Notes: generated from the letters alone by a model not told the origin. A DNA stretch of 57,392 nucleotides, filler included, from Catajapyx aquilonaris (GCA_000934665.2; 2 parts of 2 records of this genome joined end to end with filler, not necessarily neighbours in it); one strand, 5' to 3'; counted from the first letter of the whole stretch, positions 42,833 to 56,335 are shown. Made by a program: numbers and translations.

Positions 42833-45281
42833 TATATACTGAAACCACAGACTACAACAAACTTTTTACTAACTGTCAACAATCTGACAGTTGTGCCAAC
42901 TGGCCAGCAAAGGGTGGGGAGAGAGCAAAGTAGATGTTCCGGCAGAGAGCGATCAAATGGATAGTTCCCCCTCCCACCCACCCGAGGTGCTGTCTCCACC
43001 CACTGAGCATGCATAGACCCAATAAGAAGTGTCGCAGTAACAATATGTGGCAGACCGATCAGAGGACTCGGTCAAACACAATGAATAGGATTTTAATAAT
43101 ATAGGTGGACTGCACCAGGCATGAGCAGAAAACTATGCTACTTACTTGTTAGGGCCAATTGTATGAACATGAGTTAAAATTAGCTATGGATAGGAATGGT
43201 GAAGTATTGGTGGCAAAATGAGCCAATGTGGCGAAAGAGCGAATCAAAGAGCTGAAATACGAGTAGTTGCGCCAGTGCGCATGCCGTCAGCAGTAGCATG
43301 AAATTGTTCACAGCGGGTTAGAGGGAGTGAGGAAAAGACAAGTGAAATTGCCTTTTTTCATTATTTTGAGCCAGTAACTCAAGACAGATCATGCATGCAA
43401 CTATAAACAATGTGCTTTTTCAGTTGAAGGAGTTCAGGGGTGTTCTAGAAGTGCCTGTAAACATCACTTGATTCCAAATTTCACATATTTATTGACAGAT
43501 TGCCTCATCATGGGGAAGAAATTGGCTTTGTTCTCCATGCCACGCTTAAAATTATCAATTATTCCTAATCACGTAATTTCTCATATAACCACACATAACC
43601 ACCCACAGACCACCATATTTCAACCAAACAATAATTGGGGCATGAGCAGAGTTGTCTACTTGTGGTGTGCTCTGGGAACATTTCCCATGAAATGGGTAAA
43701 TGACTGTGAAGGTGATTAGGAATGACTATTTTAAATGTGGCATGCAGAATGAGGCAATTCATCAATGAAAATGCCAAATTATTAATAGCACTAGGAAAAC
43801 CCTGGCTCCGCTCGCATTTTCCTAGGGCTCAGGCCTAGAAAACCACTCGCTTCGCTCGCTCTTTTCTAGGCCTGCGGCCTGGGGTACCTATTTGGTGCAC
43901 CATATCGCCGGGGGAGGGTGTAACGTTAGCCCTCCAGCAGTCTTCGAACGGCCCGATTAGTGAGAAGTGAGAACATGTCTGTCATGTGTCTGTCGTACCG
44001 TAAAGGGAACTGACTCTGTCAACAACTTCACAGTAGTGCCAACTGGGCAACAATACAGAGAGGTAATGGATAGTTTCCCCGGCAACCCAACAGAGGAGTT
44101 GTTTACACCCCATTGCGCATGAGTAGAACGCGGGCCAATGGGGAGGTGGGGGTAACAATATGCGGCTGACCAATCAGAGGGCTCAGCCAACTCCCGCAAG
44201 GATTTTATGTTATAGATGGTGTTTACAGGCACATCAAGTACACCCCTGAACTCTTCCTTCATCTTGATAAAACATTGTTTATAGTCACATGCATGATCTG
44301 TCCAAGTCGCTGCACTGGCACAAAATAACGGAAAAAGGCAAATCCAGTCATCTTTCCCTGGCTTGAACTTGTGTTGAATGAATGTGAGCTGCCAGACATC
44401 ACATGGACTATCACAACCAGCCCCCTGCAACTCCTTCCTTATGGTAGTGGCCTCTGCCAGCCAGGAATTTGGTGCTGGCTCAGCTCCACAGGTATCTATC
44501 CCTGCAAGCCGCCTGAATCCAAATCTGCAAATGTGCTACGGACCCAGCTGCAGAGGAAAGGACGGTTTGAGTTGGTTCAGAAGGCGTTCTCCCGAATCCG
44601 ACTTGGAATAGATGCCTGTTGGGCACCAGCAGTGCTAAATTCTGATGTGGTGGAGACAAGTCACCATAATGCTAGGCTGGGAGTTGCAGAGGGTTGATCA
44701 CATCTAATTCATTGCTTCGATTCGCTCTTTTGCTGCATCAGCTCTTGGCGCCACCAACACTTCACCATTACTGTCCATCACTGTACATACCTCCATTTGA
44801 TGTTAGGATTTCAAATGGTTATTTACAAGAAAACAGGAAACACCGGTCCTTAATTACTTAGAAACCTAGAAAATACTGTGACAGTGGAGTTTCTCAGAAT
44901 AAAGTTCCACTATGGACAAGTGTCTCAATGCATTCAGCATGCAGGTGTAATGTTTTTGCAGTCCAGTGGCCAGCTAGAATCCTATCCACAAAAATCAGCA
45001 GATAAGTAATATAAATTCTCAGATGCCCCCCCCCAAAAAAAAAAAATCAGAGCATTCACCTCTATAAATAATCTACCTCAATTGATAAGACTCGGATTTG
45101 GGGAGAAAAGAGCGTAAGGAAGAAAATGGTCTTTTTGACTTATGCGCTTTTCCCCGCGCATCCGAGAATTATGCTACTGAGAAGTCACTCTCTCTTGTAA
45201 GATTCCACATTTTTATTCAAGTTGGATCTCCAAACAAAAAGTTGCACCAGATAATAATACTTAATTAGATCACAAAAGCTG

Positions 45282-48200
45282 CTACTTTGCTTTCTTTCCA
45301 AAAGGACACAGTACTTTGTTGAGGCACTCATTACACTTAGGGTTCACAGGCAGGCATAACGTCTGCCCAAAGCCAACAAGAAGAAGGTTGAAATCACTCC
45401 AAAAGTCAGATGGAAGCCAGGATTCCAGGGCCACACGTGTTTGCTCTGGTGTTTTGGTTGCTTTTGGAACCCAGCCCAATCTATTTGATATCCGATGTAC
45501 ATGTGTGTCAACACCTGAAAATAGCATCATGTTAGTTTGTACATTTGTCATGAACTCTACCAAATACTTACCGATGCCAGATTGTTCACCCCAAGCAATC
45601 AGCATGCACAAGTGAGCCATTTTTGGCCCTACACCTGGAAGTTGGCACAATTCCTCCAATGAATTTGGAATATCCCCATTGTACTTGTCGAGAAGAATCT
45701 GAGAGGTCTTCTTCAAATACTCCACTTTGCGCTGAAAGCAAACAGTAAATATGGGAAAAACCTACTCGGCCAGTGTTTCAGTTACAAAGCATTAATAATA
45801 CAAAGGCAACGAGAGTGAAGGACGTTGGGATAATTTGTGGTTCACATTGGGATTAGCAATCCTTATTAGCTGTTGGTGGTTATTATGTCAAGTTCTTCTT
45901 GTCATGTGTCCATGTTATGCACAAATTTCTTTACTTTGGGAAGGAAACTCTGCAGTAAATTCCACAACAAATGATTTCACACACAATTGCATAGATTTTG
46001 TGTGACTGCTGTCCAAAGCAAGCCAAACATGAACGTGAACTGATGTGCCACTGGCCAGGCTCTAGTGTGAGGAAGGAAGGGCACAAGGTGATAAAGTGGG
46101 GGTGCTGGTGTTAAGTATGCATACTTGATACTATGAGGTCTGTCCAAAAAGTATCCGACCTTTATTTTTTTCACGGAAACAAATGAAGTACGGGAGGTGT
46201 CCTCTGGTGGGTAGGTGTGGAGTACCTTCATGAGTATTCGTCAATTTTTCCCACCCCCATGCAGAGATAGTCAGTCACTGGCAGTCAGCCTTTGAGTCAC
46301 CGAGGGTACTAGGCGACCGTCGGATTTTCATTTTCCCGCGAAAATGACGGAACAACTTGGACAGAGGTGATTCATCAAATTTTGCATTACTGCCTGGCAA
46401 TATCCAAGTGGAAACCATTCGGAAGATTCAGCAGGCTTTCGGAGATGATGCCATGGGCATCACACATATTCAGAAGTGGTCGTACAACCATTTCAAAGAT
46501 GGCCGAAAATCAGTGGAAAGTGACTCACATTTCGACAGGCCCCCAACAAGCCGAAGTGATGTGGTCATTCACCAAGTGCTGACTTGGGTCATGCAGGATT
46601 GTCGTGTCACAGTCCGAGAACTTGAAGATGAGGTGGACATAAGCATTAGTTTGTTGTATTTGATTTTGAGGGATAATTTGGCCTTGAGGAATGTGTCAGA
46701 GAAATTTGTCCAGAAGCTTCAGACGGCCAGAGCAGAAGCAACTCCATCTGGAAGTCTTGCAGGACATTCTGGATTCCCCAAATGGTGACCTCGACTTCCT
46801 GAACACCGTGATGACTGGTGATGAGTCGTGGGTCATACTGCTGTTCATGTTGTTGTCATTTTCACTGGAAAATGAAAATCCAATGGTGGCCAAGTACCCT
46901 CGGTCACTCAAAGGCTGACTGCCAGCGACTGACTCTCTGTCTAACACCCTTGACAAACAGCTTTTTTGGATTCCCAATGAGTCTCACACTGACCAAAGCA
47001 AAGAAAAGTGTAAGCGTCCGATTTCACGCCATGCGTCCTTAGTCGCCCCACTCTACGGGACCTGGCATCTGGACATTTGGCATTTCTCCGCGGGTAAGCA
47101 TAGGGGACGAGGTGGTGGGGAGGGGGGTCAAAAAATGGAAGGACTTTCGTAAAGGGAGACCAAATGTGGCAGGGGTATGGGCATCCTGCACCAACATAAC
47201 CCATGACCTAACCTTCCTTCGCTGCAGATACAGACCTATCCTTCAGCAGATACATGCATAGGATAATAGGTAAAAGTGCGAGGTCTCCTGATATGAAAGC
47301 ATACTACAAGTAGGCAGCCTCTCCACAGTGTTTGCATGTGCAACTCTTGGCCTAAAGGCCCAACTCCATGCACCACTCCGCAATTGCCTTCGTCCCAGCA
47401 TAGGATATATTTTAAAAACTCTTTGTTGTTGATCTCCTAGCCGGGTGAATTTCCTCCTCCGCGGGCCAGAGCAGGGTGCTGGGGGTTGGTAGTGGCTGAG
47501 GCCAATGGCAGCTGCAGCACTGCGGGGATTGTGTTGGCTGAAGTTCCCGCTATCTTGTTGCCAGCCTGCAGCTTTGAGACACAGCCACTTCCCCCACCAA
47601 CCTCCCGGCCTTCTGCGGTGCCGCATTTCCCTACTACAGCTGATGAAACACTCACTTTTCCCAGTAAATCTTGGCCTGTGAAACAGGCTTCTTTTTCTGC
47701 CATTGCAGCATTTGTCATGCTACCTTATTAGCATTAAAAGATGCTACTGTTTCCTCACCTTCCAAAATCCAACTGGATAAATGAGTTCACCTAGAACTTT
47801 ATCATTAGTTGCCAAAACTTGTTGGGGAGTGAGCCTATGAGCCTTTAGCTTCTCCATTGCTGCAAATGTGACCTGATCCTTGGTCTGACTTGACAACATC
47901 AGAGAGACGAGAACATGGAAACGGCAGACCTGGAAAAGAAACTTGCTTTGTAACTACTTTTACAGACAGGCAAGACACGTAGGTTTCAAACTGTAGGCCT
48001 ACTAAAAAATGATTAGCACATTCAATATTGTTACATGCAACTGTTGCAGATGGCACAGCATTACAGTGTAGATAATAACAAAAATTTGAATGTTCATGAA
48101 TGTCATTTAGATGGTGCCCATGTAGGTTTATATCATGAGTTCTACAAATCACTGTGTTACAGTGTTTCATAATTGAGTTCACAACTGTATCAGTGCAAAC

Positions 48201-49775
48201 TTCACAGATACTAATTTCTATTCAATCTTGTTGCCTCATTTGCAAGTGCACCATTAGACAGATGTTAATTTCAATAAAAATTACACCAATTAAAACATGG
48301 GAACTGTCAGTGTGCACTTATAGTCTAAAAGTGTCGTTATTTTTATCTCCCAGACATAAGCATGCCAGCATATTAATACAATGAGACACCGAAGCAGTGG
48401 TGACGGAGGGGATATGGTATCCGACTGCTAATCGGGAAGTCCTGGGTTCGATCCCCGGGGCCGGCAACCCTAACCGTGGTTTTCTGTGGTTTCCCACGGT
48501 CCCTCCAGGTAAATGCCAGGGTTGTTTCCTAAAATAATAGGCCATTGCCGCTTCCTTCCGTCCCTATCCTATTCCCAAAAGCGAAGTAAAAATGCAAAGA
48601 AAGAGTTCCAGTCAAAACAAAACTCCCCCCTAAAGAGCCGCCGGCTGATAACGGGGTATGATATTATTATTATTATTATTAATACAATGAGACAGTATTA
48701 CGGATCAAAACTCTTTTCCTCACTCGATTAACGTGCACTATAGCATTATACTGCATTTTGAATTGTTTGCACTTCAAATAAGACCAAAGGCTTGGTAAAT
48801 ACAAGTGGTAGATCCAACATACGCCTACCTCACTACAAGTGCATGTTGATCACATGTTATGTCAGAGGGCTTCATATACAGGGGGATGAGGTTCACCTTG
48901 AAATGGTGTTAAAGCAAATTAGTGCCTCATAAATTATTTTGTCAATGGCAGCTAGAAAGCGTTACTCCCACCTTGACCAAGTGCCATGCAGTGCAATCAG
49001 TGCTAGTACTGCTTCGATCTGGTGTTGCTCCTGTCATGAAGCTACTGCTTCTGCCTGTTGGATCTATTGAAATCTTTCTCAATCAAATTTGAAATAATTC
49101 TTTGGGAGAATATGCAATAAGCACTGATTTTACTTTTTGAAGAGGCACTTCCTAAACCCAAAATTAACTCACCAGGGTGTCAAAATATAAATACTTGACT
49201 CGAGCATATTTTATAAGACTACGAGGGTCAAGAATGAGCACAAACTTGGCATTTCAATTTTTGCAAAAAATTCCAACTTTGCATTTGGGTGCAGATTTTT
49301 CATACACTTGTTTACTCCTAGTAGTCAGAAGTCACACAGGTGTTTTCCTTGTAAATATCTCAAATTTCAAGTATTGGCTGGTCAAAATTTCTGCACTATT
49401 ACCCTAACCAGCAGCTGCAAGCGTACAGATAATTACCTCAGGTGGTGCTGTCTTGTCCATGCATTTCTCGGCCCCCATGCTGTCCACCGGTGCATCTCTG
49501 CCCTTCCTCATTTCCTTTACATTTTCCAACACCTTCTGCCAGTTGGGCGGCTCCCATTTCAACCTCTTCACTTCATCTCCTCCACCATCAGCTTCCTTGC
49601 TCTTATTTTGCTCCTTGACTTTACCAACATCTCGTTTGCCACAGCTGGACTTGGCTTTGACACCAGTTCCTTCATACTGTGACTCTGGCTCTGGCTCGTA
49701 CTCTACTTTCACCTGCAGCCTCGTGGATCTTCGTGTGAAGGTAGCCATCCAAATGCGAGCAAGGGTGGATCGCAT
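45282..49775 (-). CDS. NTHL1: Endonuclease III-like DNA glycosylase/AP lyase, ~300 aa
   Basis: Exons 49437-49775 (WEPPNW...APVDSMGAE), 47759-47929 (LMLSSQTKD...IYPVGFWK), 45572-45731 (Hh[10 protein letters not shown]) and 45282-45514 (VDTHVHRI; Fe-S motif [17 protein letters not shown]); 903 nt in frame. The start ATG could be 49748 instead. Confidence 0.95.
46134..46834 (+). mobile_element. Mariner 5' half (frameshifted transposase) in an NTHL1 intron
   Basis: TA|TGAGGTCTGTCCAAAAAGT terminus; [11 protein letters not shown]...[11 protein letters not shown]...[13 protein letters not shown]. Confidence 0.88.
48389..48676 (+). mobile_element. tRNA-derived SINE (family B), full length
   Basis: B box GGTTCGATCCC; body GGTTTTCTGTGGTTTCCC...CAGGTAAATGCCAGG...GCCGCTTCCTTCC resembling Lm1/Talua-type insect SINEs; (TAT)n tail; 18-bp TSD TATTAATACAATGAGACA. 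Confidence 0.88.
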
Positions 49776-50145
49776 TTACCTGTCACTTGTACCCGACCAC
49801 ATGTCTTCCTTCTGGACCGACGGCGTCAGGCCAGGGCCAGGACAGGACAGGACTCTTCAGGCTACTTAATGCTACTGGCCCAACCAAGCTGCTTCATATT
49901 AACCAGTTACTTTCAAGTAGTTACTTTTAGCGGGAATGTGGAGCGCCGTGCCGCCGTCGCCGATGGAAGGAAATGGGACTTTATTTGCCGGCGGCGTGGC
50001 GTGTTCCGTGTTGTCTCTTGTAGTCTTGTCTGTCGGAGTGTCAGTTTGAGTGTTCCACGGTTCCACGTGAAAAGTTCTCTCTTGGCTGTGCAGAAGGATC
50101 TGAGAAGGATGCTGCTGGACCGAGGCGGCGAGGCAAAGCGACACC
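49776..50145. promoter_or_regulatory. Putative bidirectional promoter/5' UTRs of NTHL1 and ALG8
   Basis: Divergent ATGs only 370 bp apart; CpG-rich and free of TEs. Confidence 0.6.
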
Positions 50146-50204
50146 ATGTTTTGGAAGGTCTTCCTGGCCGTGTCAGGCCTCAAGCTGCTCTTCATGCCGT
50201 CTTA
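50146..50204 (+). CDS. ALG8: Alpha-1,3-glucosyltransferase ALG8, exon 1; remaining exons not found in window
   Basis: ACCATG Kozak context; MFWKVFLAVSGLKLLFMPS(Y)|gtgagt matches the ALG8 N-terminus LKxLLIPxY that precedes HSTDFEVHRNW. Confidence 0.75.
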
Positions 50205-52758
50205 GTGAGTCATTGATTCAGCGTCAGGTACAGGTCAGGTATACAGCAGCCTACTGCTTTAATCGAAGGTTACCAGATTTCCAAGCCCAAATTCGCACCT
50301 TCTAATAAATGTCTAGAGGGGGAGGGGGTGATGGTAAAAAGTATGCCAATTATAGGTATTTCTCCGTTTCCTGATCGCCTCTATGGGTATTTCCTGCAAT
50401 GGCCATCCCCAAGAGCCCATCCCTTATTCTGTTATAGCCAAATTTCCATGGAGATGTCATCACGCAGAAAAAGGAGTAAAGAGTGTCGATGATAGAACAC
50501 TATTCCAGAAGTACATTCTCAGAGGTTCATTGCTGCGATTGCTGCATGACGGCATCCTTGGTCTTAACCCAGATATGCCGGGATAAGTTTTTGTTCAATT
50601 TTTGAACTTTTTTTTGTTTCTCTTAAGGACTGTTTCCATCGGCATATTATTTTTGTTCTGGACAAAATTTATGCCAGAACAATTTTATGTCCTTCACGAT
50701 TTTTGTGCAGCACAAATAAACACATGTTCCAACCAGGACATTTTTGTTCTTTTCACAAAAAGAAACGAAAATGAGCACTCGGAAGCTCGGAAGGGACCAC
50801 CCGAAGTTCCGAATGTGTTTTATTTAAACTGAACCCCCGTCCGAAAATCGTTTAGCTTAATTTAACCACGGATTTAACCATCCATTGTGCTTGAATTATC
50901 GCAAAATCATTCTGATAAGTCCACCACGGTTGGCCATCTTGTATTTCGATTTTGTGCCGGGCACAATTTATTATTTTGTGAAAAGTTCAAAATTTTGTAC
51001 TTTGGAGTAATTCCAAACTGTTTGAATTTGTGCTTCAATCTTGAGCTTTTCTTATTGTGCCCAAAAATTATGCCGGTGGAAACAGGCCTTTAGTTCCCAA
51101 AACACAAAAATCAAGATAAAACATTTTTCTGACTGCTTGTTTGCGAGAAAATGGCCATTCCCTATAATTATGGGATGCTGGGAAAATGTAACCTAGTATG
51201 GCTATAACAGTTGTTGATTACATTACCATGGCAACAATGGAATAAATTCATCAATATCCACAATGCACGGAAAACGAGAGAACGATCTGATGTCATCGTT
51301 TCTTCCATTGTTGCTTTTTGTTGGCACTGTTTACTCATATGGTTCTGTGAGGGTATTTCCATGGAAACCTTGATGACATCCGATCGTTTTCTCATTTTCC
51401 GTACGTTAGCTTCATAATATCACCAATGATTGATTGTTGTCGATTGCATTACCATGGAAACGGGTCGTGCAAAGAAGGGGTTGTGATTGAGTCACAATCA
51501 ACAACAATCAAGGATTGTTGTCAAGATTGCCATGGTAACCCGTTGCCATGTAATCTCGTTTTAATGATATGGATTCATTAGTATACAGTTCAACAAAGTG
51601 TACAGTCCTGCTCATAAAGAATGGTATGGCTCTATGGACAAAATGTTTATTCTGTTCCCAACCCCTGGGTCACCAGCATGTTTTTAGGGTTCATGAGGAA
51701 GGCTGGGAAAAGGCAATTAAAATCAAGAGAAAAATAGAAGAAAAAAACAAGGCAAAGTAAGAAAATTTAAGGGGGGAAATTCATCTGAAATATATGTAAG
51801 CATTGTACCAGGTTGAACATTTAGGTAATTAAAAATTTGGGAAAAAGTCGGGAGGGGGTCATATGGGTCACCAGAGATCCAGGACAAGTTGTCCATATAG
51901 TGTCGCGACGAAATCAGGTTGGGAATATGCTGGATAGTCAGAATAAACACGTTGTTTATAGAGTCGTACCATTCTTTATGAGCAGGTCTGTACAATATCG
52001 CCACACATATTTTACTTGCCCAAATGTGGATGCATTTGCCTCTTGCGTTCCCAAGAGGGGACACCAGATTTCAGCACTACTCTCAGACAAGGAAAGTAAA
52101 AAAGATGCCCATATTTCCCCATGGACATCATCATTCATAAGTTTTCAAAGTATTACAAACAATAAATAACTTATAACCCTAATCAATATTAGAAAATTAA
52201 TTACTAATCATATTCAGAACAGGAAGTTGCAGCCATTATTTCTTGCGTTAAAATTCAAACACCTGTATTTTCTGACCTGCTATTTTCAAACCTGCTCAAT
52301 ATTGCTTCAGCTTCAGAAAATACAGGTGTTTGAATATGCACTTCGAGCCTAAATCTATTTTTTACCACGTTTTGGGCACCTTATGCAGTTTTTCCATGGT
52401 TAGACCAACTACCAAAAGTTTCAGATAATTTTTGTACAGCCACGCAAAGTTGTAAAACGGCGTAAGTGAAAATCGCGTGTTTGCGGCGTATCTGATTGGG
52501 GGGGGGGGGGTAGTCATTTTGGGGTCATTTCCTAAGTTTCTGGGTCGAGGAATTCGATTCTGGCATTTCCAAAACCCTCAGAGGCCACGTTTCGTTGTGC
52601 GGAATCCATGAATTCCAATCGGAGCTGGCGGTCGTCTACCGCCATCCACGTCTACTGTGATGATGATAAAATTAAGATGTTTGCACATTTTACAGAATTA
52701 TGGTGTTTCAATGACCTCATCTGGAGTACTGACCATTCCCTAACGGCCTAACCCCTAA

Positions 52759-53643
52759 GGGGTCGTCCATATACCACGTGACCGTTTTGGGGGGAGGGGG
52801 GGGGGGGTCGGCGAAAATTCACGTGGAATCTCTGAACACAGTGAATTGGCACATATGGGACCTTTTGCAGATGCACATGGGTTCAAAATAACCCATAATT
52901 CGAAATCAGCGACCCCGAAAACATGGGGAGACAATCATGTTTTTTACGTGCTTAAGGGGGCGCATTAGTAAAAATACGGTAGGCGCATTTTTAAGGGAAT
53001 TTTATTTTTTTGTGGCGAAACGGACGGTTAATCGGAAAAATCACGCCGAAGGTGCCCTGCGGAAAGGTTTGGCCTTTACTATGGTACCATACTCGATATG
53101 ATTACATTAAAATTGTGGACATACGGGCGCCGAAGCGTTCCCGAATTTGTCGCGTTCCTGCCGCCATGTTATTCAAATGGGCTTTTCGGGAACGCCATTT
53201 TCCTTTCACTTCAACTCGATGAAAAGGTCATTTCTAGACCGAAAGTGGTAAAATGACGCCGAAGGTGCCCTGCGCCAGATCATGTCCTATTTTTTGGTAT
53301 AATTTTTGTGTCCATTGCTCCATTTTTGTGGCCGTACGGCCGCAGAAGCGTGGACATGTCGAATCCCCATATGCTGTCCATGCAAACGCGAGTTTGTTTA
53401 CATAGTCGCCAAGGGCTCGCATTGTTACCGATTGTTACCGTATTTTATTACTAATGCGCCCCCTTAAACAGTTTAGTTGAGGAGCTATCAATTTCGATCG
53501 CGTTTTTTCTGATAACATTGACATTTAAAAAAAAACGTGAAAGGGGGGGGGNGGGCGGTTCCAATGGAATGGATACCACGGTCGGTCACTGGGGGGGACG
53601 GGGAAGTGCCCGAAAATCGGTCACGTGGTATATGGACGACCCC
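52759..53643. mobile_element. PIF/Harbinger-like element nested in the 52335 element
   Basis: TAA|GGGGTCGTCCATATACCACGTGACCG...CGGTCACGTGGTATATGGACGACCCC|TAA. Confidence 0.88.
52956..53463. mobile_element. Kolobok-like element (TTAA TSD) nested in the Harbinger-like element
   Basis: TTAA|GGGGGCGCATTAGTAA...TTACTAATGCGCCCCC|TTAA. Confidence 0.82.
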
Positions 53644-55328
53644 TAACGTATTGCATGCTGTTGGAATAGCCCCGTATGGAGCAATTCCACCACTTGCTGG
53701 GGAAAATTGTTACAATGTTTTCTCTGCTATTTTCCTTTTAACATAAAATAAGTAACGAGCTGAAAAGAGAAGAGCTTCTTCCTAGCGATGTACTACACTG
53801 TACTCCCGATTATCCGGGTGCGGGTTCTGTATGTAATTTTTAGATTCCATTTTGTACAGTTTTGTTACACTATATATCAGAAATGACAGAAGTTTCTATT
53901 ATTTTGTTGTTGGAATTACTCTATTTTACCCAAGTAATTTTTATAAACGCTGTACTGGATACTCCTAAGTTTAAAAATATTCCTTGTGGTAGAGAGACGC
54001 AATAGTCAATAACATTAAAAAAAAACATCAGCAACATAGCAAAAGAGGCGGATGGCGGTAGACGACAGCCAGCTCCGATCGGAACGGATGCATTCCGCAC
54101 CACGAAAGTTGGCCTCTGAGGGTTTTGGAAATGTCAGAATCGAATTCCTCGACCCTGAAACTTCGGAAATGACACCGAAATGACTACACCCCACCCCCCA
54201 CCCCCCCATCAGATACGCCGCAAACACGCGATTTTCACTTACGCCGTTTTTACAACTTTGCGTGGCTGTACAAAAATGATCCTAAACATTTGGTAGTTGG
54301 TCTAACCGTGGAAAAACTCCATAAGGTGCCCAAAACGTGGTAAAAAATAGATTTAGGCTCGAAGTGCATAATTCCGCCAAAAAAATAATGCCGGTCTAGA
54401 AGGACAGGCAAGTGGCGGGGTGAGGCCATGGGTGAGGCGCATGGTTCTAGGATTGGCACCTGTGTATTGTCTCCTTTTGGTAGCAATGACAAAATCACTG
54501 CTACGCGATTTATGGCACACCCCCTTACTCACCAGCATGGTGGAAAGATCGCCAGCAGATCGCCAGGTTCCGCGGTCAGAAGGGTTCCTTATGGGGCCGC
54601 TTGGCACGCTTCCGTTGCACGCCGCTCGAGGCGCTGATGCCAGCCGCGGGGGGAAACCAGCTTTGGGGGAAACTGCCGCTCACCGCTATGCTGACGTTTT
54701 CATTTAATATTTGCATGCAAAAAATGTATACGTTGAATCCGGATATAACATCCTCGGCTACAACCGATCCTTGGTTATAGCAGACTGGTCCCGCCATACT
54801 CACGTACTCTATGGCCTGTGCATTTAGCTACAACCAGCTCTTGCTACAACAGACTCGGTTTATTATAGCAGACTGATTTGCGCGGTTCTTTGATATCCGA
54901 GTCTTATGTCGTTTTTTTCGGGCAATGTATAAAGACCGTTATTGGAAATATCATCCCCTAAAAGACTCAAGGAGCCATATCGCGAGGTAGCCATTATTAT
55001 TATTGTCTGTTATTGTTTATTATTATTATTATTGTTTATTATTATCATTTATTATTATTATTATTGTTAATGTTGTTGTTGTTGTTGTTGTTTATTATTG
55101 TTGTTGTTGTTGTTAGGCCTGTTGTTGTCGTCGTCGTCGTAGTTGTAGTTCTTTGACTGTATATGTTGCACATCGCAGCAGACTAGTTTACTTAATTACT
55201 TCCATGATAATTTATATGTATAGGGTATTAGGTTGACCCGGGTACCTGCATCATATAGCCTATGTATGTCCACGTATAATATATCATACATTTAATACTT
55301 TTAAAATCTGGTATGCTGTACTGTATAC

Positions 55329-56077
55329 GATATAACCAAAAACGGACTTGTAAAAAAACCGCCAAGTCTGTAGCCACTCCACCTAAAAAAGTTATGAGAT
55401 CATGGGTGGACACCAAGCCTCTTTGTGAGACTATAGATTAAGTCAAGTTACTTGGCTCACGATTGGAGACTATAGACTTACAACTCGTAGACTTGGCGCA
55501 TGGTTCGAGACTCTACAGACTAAGGTGAGTGACTTGGCTGACGGGGAATTATACCGGTACAAGGTGTTTCACAACTCGTGTCCAAAACTTTGAGGTTGAA
55601 CTCGTGTGCACCAGTGGATCACTTTACATAGAGCAGGTGAAGCGATTCACTGGTGCTCAGGAGTTCACACTAGAAGTTTTGGACGCGAGTTGAGAAACAC
55701 CCTGTATGGTTTGAAGGGGGAATTTGTTACTACATGAGTATACGGTAATTAAGGAATTGCGGTCTGGATATTACAGCAGTAAATGGAAGGCGTGTAACAG
55801 TCATTGGTTGATCAGAAACTACTAAATTTTATCATGAAGCCGCCTATTGCTCTTCATGCCCGGTGAACCAAGTGGCTCAACCTGAGTCTATATAGTCTCA
55901 AACCATGCGCCAAGTCTACGAGTTGTAAGTCTATAGTCTCCAATCGTGAGCCAAGTAACTTGACTTAATCTATAGTCTCACAAAGAGGCTTGGTGTCCAC
56001 CCATGATCTCACGACTTTTTAAGGCGGAGTGGCTAAGGACTTGGCGGTTTTTTTACGAGTCCGTTTTTGGTTAGATC
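55329..56077. mobile_element. Long-TIR fold-back element containing a nested CAGGGTG-type MITE (55560-55704)
   Basis: ~215-bp inverted arms (AACCAAAAACGGAC.../GTCCGTTTTTGGTT) with GAGACTATAGA subrepeats; inner TA|CAAGGTGTTTC...GAAACACCCTG|TA. Confidence 0.85.
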
Positions 56078-56335
56078 TCAAGACTTTTTGTGCAGTTGCA
56101 GTAAATAAGGAATGATATTTTCTCTGGTACACAGGAAAATACGATATAAAGTGTGGAATTGATAGGTTTTTATTTTCAAAGTGTCAGAGGACACACATAA
56201 CATGTTTGTAAGAGGGCCGCCCATGCCATGCTCTTCCAAACATTATTCCAACACCCCAAACCAACAACTCTCCCATCATACACATCTACCTTGTTTCCGT
56301 GACGTTAGGAGGGCTACTTTGTGATTTGTCTAATG

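Larger units (their letters stand above)
52335..54370. mobile_element. ~2-kb TIR element (~320-bp TIRs) hosting nested insertions
   Basis: TATGCACTTCGAGCCTAAATC...GATTTAGGCTCGAAGTGCATA; 52335-52650 is the inverted copy of 54046-54370. Confidence 0.88.

Noticed and set aside
54353..54803. GC-rich overlapping ORFs
   Set aside because: No ALG8 exon-2 motif (STDFEVHRNW) or other domain; probably TE-derived.
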